Assembly: GCA_046153995.1 (NCBI GenBank)
Contig: JBJXEH010000065.1
Coordinates: 1,891-65,890 of the forward strand
Direction of reading: 5' to 3'
DNA length: 64,000 nt
Origin: Micropepsaceae bacterium
GTDB taxonomy: Bacteria; Pseudomonadota; Alphaproteobacteria; Micropepsales; Micropepsaceae
The notes under the pieces were generated by a model that worked only from the letters and a program-made list of their open reading frames with translations, made no database searches and was not told where the DNA came from. Shown here one piece after another: positions 8,137 through 17,090 of the stretch. Positions within the stretch are counted from its first letter, which is position 1, and the number at the start of each line of letters is the position of its first letter. The position numbers were made by a program, and so were the translations under genes.

Positions 8137-8762
8137 AGGGGTATTCGCTGCTTGAACTCGTGATTGCACTGGCGCTGCTCGGGTTCATCGCCGTGGCGAT
8201 GAGCGGCGGTGTACGTTTTGGAGCTAGAGCTTGGGAGCTGAGCGAAGCAAAGGTCGAAGCCGTCGAGCGCGTACAAGGTGCACAGACGTTACTCAGGATG
8301 CTGTTGCAACGTGCGATGCCGCGCGAGCTCGACCCTTCGTTCGCGGTCGACTTGGATCTCTTTCGCGGGACGGCAGGCTCGTTGTCGTTCACCGCTTCCG
8401 CGCCTTCGGCATTCGGTGCAGAGGGTCTTACCCGCTTCGATCTGCGTGTAGAGGGAGGGGCCGGACGCCAGCAGCTGTTGCTCACCTGGCAGAGCGCGGC
8501 CAAGGCCGCGCAACCGAAGACGCAGGTTCTGCTAAGCGGCGCAGAGTCGGTCACGATCGGTTATGGCGCGCGCGACGGCACTGCAATGCGCTGGTCGGAC
8601 AGTTGGACTGACCGGTCCGGCGCGCCTCAGCTCGTGCTGATACGCGCTTCGTTTCCGCCGGACTCAAACCGCCGTTGGCCGCCGCTCACGATACGCACGC
8701 GCATCACGCAGGACCCCCTTTGTGTCTACAATGCAGACACGTTCGGGTGCCCGCATGCGTGA
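8133..8762 (+). CDS. gspJ: T2SS minor pseudopilin GspJ-like
   Basis: Leader VKG/YSLLELVIALALLGF. GTGA overlap with the gspI stop. About 209 aa. Confidence 0.7.
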   Translation: MKGYSLLELVIALALLGFIAVAMSGGVRFGARAWELSEAKVEAVERVQGAQTLLRMLLQRAMPRELDPSFAVDLDLFRGTAGSLSFTASAPSAFGAEGLTRFDLRVEGGAGRQQLLLTWQSAAKAAQPKTQVLLSGAESVTIGYGARDGTAMRWSDSWTDRSGAPQLVLIRASFPPDSNRRWPPLTIRTRITQDPLCVYNADTFGCPHA

Positions 8763-9846
8763 GCCGGTGACGATCGATTTAGGTGCGCCCGCGCAGATCG
8801 CCGATTTGCCTGGCTTGGCTACGCGTTTCTTCCGTTGGTGGCTTGGTGAGTTGCGGGCTCTCGTTCCTTGGCGTCAGACGCCGGTTGCGGCGCGGCGGCA
8901 CGCGGTGCTTCACGTTCGGACGGACCGGTGGTTCTTGCGTCCTTCGCCGGACGCCGAAGCTGTCGCGCTGGACACGAAGTTGAGCGACGGGGATTTGGCA
9001 GACAGGCTACTGAACGCGGCAAGCGGCGCGCCTCTTTCGAAACTGACGGTTTTGTTGCCGCGCGACTTCGCCATCACGCGGCGTTTGGAGCTTCCGCAGA
9101 TGTCGCTTGCGCACGCGCGTCAGGCGGTGGACTTGCAGATCGACAGGCTCTCGCCTTTCAAAGCCGACGCGGTGCGCACGGCAACGCGGATCGCGGGCTA
9201 CGATACCGGGAAGTCCGTGATGCTGGTTGACGTCGCGATCGTGCCGTTGCAGCGCGTTCAACCTATCGAGCAGCGTTTGCGCGCGCTTGGGTTCACGTCC
9301 GCCGCCGTCGATATCGAAGGCGACAACGGCGAGCCGCAAGGCTTTGACCTCAGCGAACCGCAGAACGCTGCTGATCTTCGCCAAACGCGTCAACGCGCCC
9401 TGGGATTGGCAGCGGCCGCCGCCGCGATTTGGATCGTCGCGATCTATGCGTGGGGACAGGCCGGAGAGAGCGAAATCAAATCCTGGGAGGCGCGCGTCGC
9501 AGAACTCCGGCCGGCTGCTGCGCGAAGCGCCGCGTTGAGGCAGAGCGTCGATGGCATGGGTGCGCCGATCGCGCGGGCCAATGCGCATGACCCTGCGGTA
9601 ACCCTCAATGTCTTGCAGCAACTCACGCGTCTCTTGCCCGACAGCGTTCAGCTTCTCGATCTCAAGCTCGAGGGGAACGTGCTTCAACTCTCCGGTTTGG
9701 CCGCGAACGCGCCTGATCTCATCGGACTCTTGGAGGGTTCGCCGGCGTTCAAGAACGTCAAGTTCGTTTCGCCGGTCGTGCGCAAAGCGGAAACCGGTGT
9801 TGAACGCTTTGAGATCGCGCTTCAACTCGAAACGGGGGCGCTATGA
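8755..9846 (+). CDS. gspL: T2SS assembly protein GspL-like (cytoplasmic domain, one TM, PilN-like periplasmic region)
   Basis: Position after gspJ. Single TM ALGLAAAAAAIWIVAIYAWG about two thirds along. ATG 8755 overlaps the gspJ end, with alternative starts at 8722 and 8731. Confidence 0.6.
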   Translation: MREPVTIDLGAPAQIADLPGLATRFFRWWLGELRALVPWRQTPVAARRHAVLHVRTDRWFLRPSPDAEAVALDTKLSDGDLADRLLNAASGAPLSKLTVLLPRDFAITRRLELPQMSLAHARQAVDLQIDRLSPFKADAVRTATRIAGYDTGKSVMLVDVAIVPLQRVQPIEQRLRALGFTSAAVDIEGDNGEPQGFDLSEPQNAADLRQTRQRALGLAAAAAAIWIVAIYAWGQAGESEIKSWEARVAELRPAAARSAALRQSVDGMGAPIARANAHDPAVTLNVLQQLTRLLPDSVQLLDLKLEGNVLQLSGLAANAPDLIGLLEGSPAFKNVKFVSPVVRKAETGVERFEIALQLETGAL

Positions 9847-10433
9847 AAGTGACCCTGTCGCCATTGCTGCAGCGCTGCCTGGCGCTTGGGACCTTGGCGC
9901 TGGCTGCCATTGTGCTGTGGGCGTTCGTCATTGCGCCGGGTTGGGCGTCTATCGCGCAGCATGAAGAGCGCGTCGCCATGCTGCGCCAGCAAGCGGCAAA
10001 GCTACAGGCTTTGATGGACGCGACACCGCAGCTTGCGGCTGCGGCAAAGGCGATAGAGACCAACCCCAGCGTCCGCTCGCTCGCATTCGAGACGGCGCCG
10101 GGAACGGCTGTTGCGGAACTGCAGACGGTGGTGAATCGCGCATTCTCCTCGGCGGGCGCGATCGTGATGAGCGGCCAGACACTGGAGGGGCGCGCCGAGG
10201 CGGTTGCCGGCGAGATTGCCGTGCAGGCAACCGTCGAGGCCGATATCGCGGCGCTGGTGCAAGCTCTTCACACGATTGGCGCATCCCGGCCACTGCTCAA
10301 GATCGAGCGCATATCCGTTCGCGAACCGGACGCGGAGTTTGCGGCGGCGGTGCCGGTCGGGCCAAAGCCGAACGTTGTGAACAAGCTCATCGTCGATGTC
10401 GTGGTGTCAGCGCACACGCGGGGGGCGTTGTGA
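9843..10433 (+). CDS. gspM: T2SS protein GspM-like
   Basis: ATGA overlap with gspL. N-terminal TM LALGTLALAAIVLWAFVIAP followed by a periplasmic domain. Size and position fit GspM. Confidence 0.6.
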   Translation: MKVTLSPLLQRCLALGTLALAAIVLWAFVIAPGWASIAQHEERVAMLRQQAAKLQALMDATPQLAAAAKAIETNPSVRSLAFETAPGTAVAELQTVVNRAFSSAGAIVMSGQTLEGRAEAVAGEIAVQATVEADIAALVQALHTIGASRPLLKIERISVREPDAEFAAAVPVGPKPNVVNKLIVDVVVSAHTRGAL

Positions 10434-10936
10434 TGTTTGAGACGCTTTCCCGGTCGCTTTGGATCGTCGCTGCGGCCGGTGTGTTGGCTCTGATCGCAGC
10501 ATTGTTGCCATCGCCGATGCGCGCGTTCGATTTCTTCGATGCCCCTGCCGTCGTCGAAGTGCGAACAGTGCCGGCTGTTAAGCTGCGTGCGTTGCCGCCG
10601 GCAACGGCGTATGACGACGTCATCGCGCGGCCGCTTTTCAACGCGGGCCGGAAGCCCGATCCCGCGGTACGGCCAGCGGCGGCAGTTGCTTCGGCTTCAA
10701 GCGGGGGCGCGGGTGAGTTATCGGCGTTTCGGGTTGTTGGCATAGTCGCCGATAGCACCACACAGCGCGCGATCGTCGAGCGCAACGGGGCACCTTCGAT
10801 GAGGGTGGGTCCGGGCGACAAGCTTGGCGAATGGCGGATCGATCGGATCGACGCCGCCGGTATCGTGGCAAGCAGGGACCAGCGTTCGGTACGGCTTCAG
10901 ATTCCAAAGGCGCGCACACAGCCGGGGACACCTTAG
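10430..10936 (+). CDS. GspC-like/PilP-like T2SS protein (TM plus secretin-interacting-type domain, no PDZ)
   Basis: GTGA overlap with the upstream gene. TM LWIVAAAGVLALIAALL. C-terminal FRVVGIVADSTTQRAIVERNGAPSMRVGPGDKLGEWRIDRIDAAGIVA resembles GspC HR/PilP domains. Sits directly upstream of the secretin. Confidence 0.45.
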   Translation: MMFETLSRSLWIVAAAGVLALIAALLPSPMRAFDFFDAPAVVEVRTVPAVKLRALPPATAYDDVIARPLFNAGRKPDPAVRPAAAVASASSGGAGELSAFRVVGIVADSTTQRAIVERNGAPSMRVGPGDKLGEWRIDRIDAAGIVASRDQRSVRLQIPKARTQPGTP

Positions 10937-11082
10937 CGGCCGACGTATTCAATGCGGTGCGAGCCGCACCGCTAACGTGTTTAACTTGCGTGTAACAACC
11001 TTGAGTGGCCAGCATGGCTCTATCGAGCGGGCTGCGATTCGTCCGTTCGTTGGGAAGACTGGGACATTTGAGGGGACGGGGG

Positions 11083-13206
11083 ATGACATCGCCTTGCGGT
11101 GCCCGGAAGAGTTTGCGCATGGCGCTTCTTGCGCTTGCACTTCCGCTTGCCGCGTGCACGCAGGAGCGGCCCGTCATGGTGGCGCCTCCAGTGGACGCGA
11201 TGCCCGCGACGGCGCAAGAGCGCAACGAGCCTGTGGTCATCGCAGGTGAAGATGAGTCGAACGATCCCAAAACAGAGATCTTTCCGGCGGAAGGCGTGCG
11301 AGTGCCGCCGCGTCTGCGTGCGCAGGGACCCAGCGGACCTGCGGGCGACGTGACGCTCGACTTCGCGGACGCGGACGTGAAGGACGTGGTGCGCACCGTC
11401 ATGGGCGACATTTTGAAGGTCGCGTTCCAGATCGATCCGCAGGTTCAAGGCCGCGTAACGTTGAAGACCAGTGCACCGTTGCGCAAGGAAGACGTTCTGT
11501 CGGCGCTTGAGACGGCGTTGAAGGTGAATGGCGCAGCAATCGTTTATGCCGACAATGTCTACAACATTGTGCCGGCGACCGAGGCGCAGAAACGTACCGA
11601 CGGGTTCGAAGTGTCGGGGACGGCTCGTGCGCGGATGCCGGGTTACGGCATCGAGATCGTGCCGTTGCGCTTTATCGCAGCGGCCGAAATGAAAAAGGTG
11701 CTTGAGCCGATGGCCCCGGCCGGCGGCATTATGAACATCGATGCCACGCGCAATCTGCTGATCCTATCTGGTACCGGTCCCGAACGCGGCGCGATGCTCG
11801 ATACGATCCGCTTGTTCGATGTCGATTACATGCGCGGGATGTCGTACGCGCTGGTGCGGCCGGATCACGTCGATGTGCCCGCCCTGGCGCAAGAACTAAG
11901 CCGCGTGTTCGCATCGACGCGAGGGCCGGGGGCAAGTTTGCTGCGCTTTGTGCCGCTGTCGCGCGTCAACACGCTGTTGATCGCTTCGCCAAGCTCGGCT
12001 TTGCTCAAGGATGTTTCGCGTTGGGTTGCGCGGCTCGACGTGCCACCGCGCGGACCGGGACGGCGTATCTACTATTACAGGCTACAGAACGCGAAGGCTG
12101 AAGATGTCGCTCGTGCACTGGCGTCGGTTTATGGCGCTGGCGCGGTCGATCTTTCGAGCATACAGGCCGAGCCGGAGGATCAGCCTTCGGTTGACGGGTT
12201 CGAGACCGGCGTCGATGCGCCACCTCCGGCGGCAGCCAACGCGCCGCCGCCTGCACCCGCGCGGTCGCGAGGCGAAGGCTTACGCGGCAGCGACCGCGGA
12301 CCCCACATTGCGGTGGATCAATCGAACAACGCGCTGATTGTTCGCGCGGACGGGACGGAGTACGCGTCGCTCGAGCGGTTCTTGCGCGAGATCGACGTCG
12401 CCCCCGATCAGGTAATGATCGAAGCGACGATTGCAGAGGTAACGCTGAACGATGAACTGAAGTATGGCGTCGAGTGGTTTTTCAAGAATGCCGACCAGTC
12501 GTTCAAGCTGAGCAGGAACGGCACAGTCAGTAATTTCTTTCCGGGATTTGCGTTTCGCTACACCTTACCCGACGTGGACGTCGCGCTAAGCGCCCTCGGG
12601 ACGGTCACCGATGTGAAGGTGATCTTCTCGCAGAAGCTGCTGACCTTGAACAACAAGACAGCGATGCTGCAGGTCGGCGACCAAGTGCCCATCATCACGC
12701 AAACGGCGACTGGGGTTAGGACCGCGACGGATCTGACGGTCGTGAACTCCGTTCAACTGCGCGACACCGGCATTCTACTGCGCGTCACACCACGCATCGG
12801 CAAGAGCGGCACTGTGTTCGTGGACGTTCGCCAGGAGGTCAGCAACGCCATCGTGACAGACACGTCGGACATTGACTCGCCCACGATCCAGCAACGCAAG
12901 ATTGCCAACACGATCGCGGTTCAAGACGGCGATTCCATTGTGTTGGGCGGATTGATCCGCGACAGCCAGACTTATGGCGACAGCGGCGTACCGTTCCTGA
13001 AGGATGTGCCGGTTCTGGGCAAGCTTTTCGGAACAACAAACGTTTCGGGGGACCGTACGGAGCTGCTGGTCTTCTTGCGGCCGCGGATTGTGCGTAACGC
13101 TGCGGCTGCGCGCGAGATGACGGAAGAATTGCGCAACGGTTTCCGCGGTCTTAGCGACCTGCTGGAGACGAACCCGGTGTCGCGGCGTGGCGGCGCGTCA
13201 CGGTAG
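11083..13206 (+). CDS. gspD: T2SS secretin GspD with a lipoprotein-type signal peptide
   Basis: ATG 11083 preceded by GGGGGA. Signal MTSPCGARKSLRMALLALALPLAAC carries lipobox LAAC (Cys codon 11155-11157). N-domains, then a secretin core with GDSIVLGGLIRD...GVPFLKDVPVLGKLFG. A Pro/Ala-rich insert (DAPPPAAANAPPPAPA) lies between them. Confidence 0.85.
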   Translation: MTSPCGARKSLRMALLALALPLAACTQERPVMVAPPVDAMPATAQERNEPVVIAGEDESNDPKTEIFPAEGVRVPPRLRAQGPSGPAGDVTLDFADADVKDVVRTVMGDILKVAFQIDPQVQGRVTLKTSAPLRKEDVLSALETALKVNGAAIVYADNVYNIVPATEAQKRTDGFEVSGTARARMPGYGIEIVPLRFIAAAEMKKVLEPMAPAGGIMNIDATRNLLILSGTGPERGAMLDTIRLFDVDYMRGMSYALVRPDHVDVPALAQELSRVFASTRGPGASLLRFVPLSRVNTLLIASPSSALLKDVSRWVARLDVPPRGPGRRIYYYRLQNAKAEDVARALASVYGAGAVDLSSIQAEPEDQPSVDGFETGVDAPPPAAANAPPPAPARSRGEGLRGSDRGPHIAVDQSNNALIVRADGTEYASLERFLREIDVAPDQVMIEATIAEVTLNDELKYGVEWFFKNADQSFKLSRNGTVSNFFPGFAFRYTLPDVDVALSALGTVTDVKVIFSQKLLTLNNKTAMLQVGDQVPIITQTATGVRTATDLTVVNSVQLRDTGILLRVTPRIGKSGTVFVDVRQEVSNAIVTDTSDIDSPTIQQRKIANTIAVQDGDSIVLGGLIRDSQTYGDSGVPFLKDVPVLGKLFGTTNVSGDRTELLVFLRPRIVRNAAAAREMTEELRNGFRGLSDLLETNPVSRRGGASR

Positions 13207-14065
13207 GGCGAACGAGCGCGGCGTTGCGCTCGTCGTCGTTCTGGGCTTTTTGGCCGTCATGTCCCTCATCACGATCGGGATTGTGGGTGCTGCGCGAACC
13301 GCCGCGACGGGAGCCTCGCGCGAGCTGGTCCGTGCGCAGGCTCAGGCGGCGGTTGAGAGCGGCGTGGACTATGCCGTGAACGCCCTTTTGACGGCGCAGG
13401 GATTTGCGCCATCGTTGTTGGCGAAGCCGGAAGCTGTTTCGGTTGGCGGGTTCCGCGTCATCGTTTCCGTGCGGCCCGAGCATGCGAAGGTCGATCTTAA
13501 CTACGCTGATGCGAACCTGCTAGCGCTGCTGTTCCAGTCTGGCGGCGCGGATCGAAAGCGAGCAGACGCGTTGGCGGCGGCGGTCGAAGATTGGCGGGAC
13601 GGCGATGACTTGCTGCACGTCAACGGTGCGGAGCGCCAACAGTACGTGGCTGCGGGCCTGGACTATGCGCCGGCGAACCAGTTCTTCAGATCGCCGGACG
13701 AGTTGCGGCTGGTGTTGGGGATCGACAGGCGGCTTTATGATTGTGTGCGGCCGCAGGTCACGATCCTTTCACAGCGGCAGGGGATCGAACTCGATTTCGC
13801 AAGCCCTGCCATTCGGACGATGGTGGGTATCGACAAAAACTCGATTCCGGATCTGGCCGTCGTGAAGCCGGGTGACTCTTTCGAGATCACCGCGCGGCTT
13901 GAGGACGCTGCGCGCGGCGTGCGCCGCTCGGAGATGGCGGTGGTACGGATTACGGGTGACCCTTCGAACCCATATTCGGCGTTGTCGTTCGAGCCCGCCC
14001 GCCCCTTGGAAGACGCGGCTGTGCGAAGTTGCCCGCGTTTGGTTGCAGCGGACGTTCGGCCATGA
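13187..14065 (+). CDS. gspK: T2SS minor pseudopilin GspK-like
   Basis: N-terminus ERGVALVVVLGFLAVMSLI lacks Glu+5, as GspK does. Motifs VDLNYADANLLALLF, EDWRDGDD and FRSPDELRLVLGI. Confidence 0.75.
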   Translation: MAARHGRANERGVALVVVLGFLAVMSLITIGIVGAARTAATGASRELVRAQAQAAVESGVDYAVNALLTAQGFAPSLLAKPEAVSVGGFRVIVSVRPEHAKVDLNYADANLLALLFQSGGADRKRADALAAAVEDWRDGDDLLHVNGAERQQYVAAGLDYAPANQFFRSPDELRLVLGIDRRLYDCVRPQVTILSQRQGIELDFASPAIRTMVGIDKNSIPDLAVVKPGDSFEITARLEDAARGVRRSEMAVVRITGDPSNPYSALSFEPARPLEDAAVRSCPRLVAADVRP

Positions 14066-14820
14066 CGCTCGGTCCCCCCGAATGGCTGCTTGCGTTTGTT
14101 GCGGGACCGTTCGTCGGCAGCTTCTTAAGCGTGTTGGCCGTGCGGCTGCCTAAGGGCGAGGACGTTGTCGTCTCAAGCTCGCGCTGCCGGGCGTGCGGCA
14201 CAGAGCTGTCGGCTCTTCAAATCGTGCCGATCATCAGTTGGGCGTTGCAGGGCGGGAAATGCCGCACCTGCGGCGCGCGCGTCGGGTGGCTCTATCCGAT
14301 GATCGAGCTAAGCGCGGCTTTGTTGGTGCTTTGGGCGGCGACGCTTGGCATGTCGAGCGTGATGTTCTGGGCGACCCTTGTGCTCGGCTGGACCCTGCTC
14401 ACGCTGGCGGTAATGGACGTCCGCGAATTCGTGCTCGCCGACGTGCTGACGCTGCCATTGATTGCAGGCGGTTTGGGCCTGATCGCATGGCAGGCGACAG
14501 ATGCGCTGCCGTGGCATTTGCTTGGGGCCGCCGCCGGGTTTGCTTTGATGGTGGGCGTCGCGCACGCGTACCAGGCGCTACGGGGGCGGGAGGGACTGGG
14601 CTTTGGGGACGCGAAGCTCATGGCGGCGGCGGGGGCTTGGACCGGGATCGCGGGGGTCGGTACGGTCCTGCTCTATGGCGCAGTGCTGTCCCTTGCGCTT
14701 GTCCTATTGCTGCGATTGACGGGGCGAAAGATTGAGGCCGACACGCCCATTCCGTTCGGCGCAGGGCTTGCAGCGGGGTTTTGGTTGACGTGGCTTTACG
14801 GGCCGCTGTTGGTGGGCTAA
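14062..14820 (+). CDS. gspO: Prepilin peptidase (A24 family, GspO/PilD)
   Basis: ATGA overlap with gspK. Zinc-ribbon-like CRACGTELS...CRTCGARV. Multi-TM protein with GFGDAKLMAAAG (active-site Asp context). Confidence 0.85.
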   Translation: MTLGPPEWLLAFVAGPFVGSFLSVLAVRLPKGEDVVVSSSRCRACGTELSALQIVPIISWALQGGKCRTCGARVGWLYPMIELSAALLVLWAATLGMSSVMFWATLVLGWTLLTLAVMDVREFVLADVLTLPLIAGGLGLIAWQATDALPWHLLGAAAGFALMVGVAHAYQALRGREGLGFGDAKLMAAAGAWTGIAGVGTVLLYGAVLSLALVLLLRLTGRKIEADTPIPFGAGLAAGFWLTWLYGPLLVG

Positions 14821-14870
14821 TCCGCCCTCTGGGGCGGCTGGTTTCCGGCCGCAAACCGCGAGGGTAGACC

Positions 14871-16574
14871 ATGGCAGCAGCCGAATTGGCGCCCCAGAGC
14901 GTCGAACAGAAGCTGATTGATCACCTGCGCCAATCCGGCAAGCTTGATGCCGAGGGGGCGGCGCGGGCGTGGCGCGTTTTCGAACAGACACGCGTTAGCC
15001 TTACCAAGATTTTGCTGGAACTGGGGCTCGTGCCGGAGCGCGAGTTGGTCTCGGCGTTTGCGAACGGCCTCGGCATTCCGGCCGCGGATGCTGCCGACTA
15101 TCCGCTTGAGCCCGTGCTCGGCGACAGCGTGACGCCGCGGTTCTTGATGGACGCGAAAGCGGTGCTGCTGAGCGCTACCGACGATACGGTAACGATTGCC
15201 GCGCACGATCCCCTGGACGGCTTTCTGGTTGATGCGATTGCGCTGGCGACCAACCGTCGCGTGGTTGTGAAGGCCGCGCCGGTGAGCGACATCGAGGAAG
15301 CGTTGAAGCGTCTCTACGCCGGTGGCGATGCAGAGGCTTTGGCGGCGGCTGCGGAGAACGAATCCGGCGCGACTGAGGCCGACGTGGCGCGGCTGCGCGA
15401 GAGTGCGAGCGAGGCGCCCGTAATCCGTTTCGTGAATAGCTTGATTTCGCGCGCGGTCGAGGCGGGTGCGTCCGACATTCATATCGAGCCGCTGGAGCGC
15501 CGTTTGCGCATTCGCACGCGTATAGACGGCGTGTTGAAGGAAGAAGAGGCGGCGTCGTCGGAGTTGGCGCCCGCAATCGTGTCGCGTCTCAAGATCATGA
15601 GCGGGCTCAACATCGCCGAGAGGCGGTTGCCGCAGGACGGCGCGGTGAAGCTTGCGGTGCGGGGTAAGGAAATCGACCTGCGCATTGCGACGGCGCCAGT
15701 GACGCATGGCGAGGCGGTCGCGGTGCGCATTCTCGACAAGTCGTCCGTGGCGCTCGATTTCGATGCCTTGGGATTCGATGCCGCGATGCAAGCGCGACTG
15801 GCAGCGTTGCTGAAGCGGCCGAATGGCATCTTCCTGGTCACGGGGCCGACGGGCAGTGGCAAGACGACGACGCTTTACGCAGCGCTACAGCGGTTGAACA
15901 CGAGCGAGCGCAAGATTCTCTCGGTTGAAGACCCGGTCGAATACAAGATCGCGGGCGTCAATCAGGTGCAGGTGAAACCCGAGATCGGACTGACGTTCGC
16001 AAACGTCTTGCGCGCGTTCTTGCGGCACGATCCGAACGTCATTCTGGTGGGTGAGATACGCGATCCTGAGACGGCGCGGATCGCCGTTCAAGCGGCGCTC
16101 ACGGGCCATCTCGTGTTATCGACGGTGCATACGAATAGCGCGGCCGGTGCGCTGACGCGGCTGCTTGATATGCATGTCGAGGACTATCTGCTGACCTCGA
16201 CGATTGCGGGCATTCTTTCGCAACGGTTGGTTCGCGTCCTCTGTAGTGCTTGCAAGGAGCCTACGCCGCTGGGGCCGGAGTGGGCGGCCGACCTCGCTGC
16301 GCTGGGGCATGGCGCCAGTGCGACCGCCTACGGCGCGAAGGGCTGCGCGGTTTGCCATGGGACGGGGTACAAGGGGCGCAGCGTGGTGTCCGAACTCCTG
16401 GTGCCGGACGAGCGCATTCGCAGGCTGGTCAGCGAGCGGGCGTCCGCGTCGCAGATACACACCGCGGCGGTAGCCAGCGGAATGGAGGGTCTCAGGCGGG
16501 CGGCGCTTCGAAAAGTGCTTGAAGGCACGACGACGGCGGAGGAAGTTCAGCGCGTCGCACAAGAGGAAGGGTGA
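14871..16574 (+). CDS. gspE: T2SS ATPase GspE
   Basis: Walker A GPTGSGKTTT. ILVGEIRD and LTGHLVLSTVHTN boxes. C-terminal tetracysteine CSAC...CAVCHGTG. Confidence 0.9.
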   Translation: MAAAELAPQSVEQKLIDHLRQSGKLDAEGAARAWRVFEQTRVSLTKILLELGLVPERELVSAFANGLGIPAADAADYPLEPVLGDSVTPRFLMDAKAVLLSATDDTVTIAAHDPLDGFLVDAIALATNRRVVVKAAPVSDIEEALKRLYAGGDAEALAAAAENESGATEADVARLRESASEAPVIRFVNSLISRAVEAGASDIHIEPLERRLRIRTRIDGVLKEEEAASSELAPAIVSRLKIMSGLNIAERRLPQDGAVKLAVRGKEIDLRIATAPVTHGEAVAVRILDKSSVALDFDALGFDAAMQARLAALLKRPNGIFLVTGPTGSGKTTTLYAALQRLNTSERKILSVEDPVEYKIAGVNQVQVKPEIGLTFANVLRAFLRHDPNVILVGEIRDPETARIAVQAALTGHLVLSTVHTNSAAGALTRLLDMHVEDYLLTSTIAGILSQRLVRVLCSACKEPTPLGPEWAADLAALGHGASATAYGAKGCAVCHGTGYKGRSVVSELLVPDERIRRLVSERASASQIHTAAVASGMEGLRRAALRKVLEGTTTAEEVQRVAQEEG

Positions 16575-16579
16575 CTGTC

Positions 16580-17017
16580 ATGCGCCGAACAAAGAAACGG
16601 CAGCGGCGGCAGCTTGAGCGCGGGTACTCGCTGCTCGAGCTCCTGGTCGTGCTAGCGATCTTAGGGCTCATCATCGCGATCGCGGCACCGCGGCTCATCG
16701 GGTACTTCGAGGCGTCGAAAGCCAAGACCGCGAAAATTCAGATCTCGAATCTGGCGACCGCCATGGACCTCTATTACCTCTCGAACGGTGGCTATCCGAC
16801 TGAGGAACAGGGGCTGAAAGCGCTGGTGGAGCGGCCTGAAACCGCAACGGCCTGGGACGGGCCGTATCTCAACAAGGCCGATGGGATCATCGACCCCTGG
16901 GGCAGACCGTACGTCTACAAGCAGCCGGGTGTTCACGGAAAGTTTGACATCTCATCGCTCGGCGCCGACGGCAAAGAAGGCGGCACCAGCGAAGACGCCG
17001 ATATGGGCTCATGGTAA
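16580..17017 (+). CDS. gspG: T2SS major pseudopilin GspG
   Basis: Leader MRRTKKRQRRQLERG/YSLLELLVVLAILGLI. GspG core motifs WDGPYL, DPWGRPYVYK and SLGADGKEGG. GAGGAAGGG upstream. An alternative GTG at 16571 overlaps the gspE stop. Confidence 0.85.
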   Translation: MRRTKKRQRRQLERGYSLLELLVVLAILGLIIAIAAPRLIGYFEASKAKTAKIQISNLATAMDLYYLSNGGYPTEEQGLKALVERPETATAWDGPYLNKADGIIDPWGRPYVYKQPGVHGKFDISSLGADGKEGGTSEDADMGSW

Positions 17018-17090
17018 GTGCAAATCCAACCATTTGAGCCGCCCGTATACCGGTAAGTAGCTGGACCCGCGGATGTAGACGGGTCCAAGG

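Noticed and set aside
14817-15791. 324-aa - strand ORF inside gspE (similar cases: 7390..8169, 9007..9825, 10638..11411)
   Set aside because: These lie opposite strongly supported T2SS genes and have extreme Arg/His content, no motifs and no RBS.
1853-17017. Genomic island integrated at tRNA-Ser carrying the LuxR/secreted-protein/T2SS block
   Set aside because: No integrase, excisionase or transposase is present, no duplicated tRNA 3' segment was found within the window, and there is no obvious compositional break by eye. Only the local repeats are reported.
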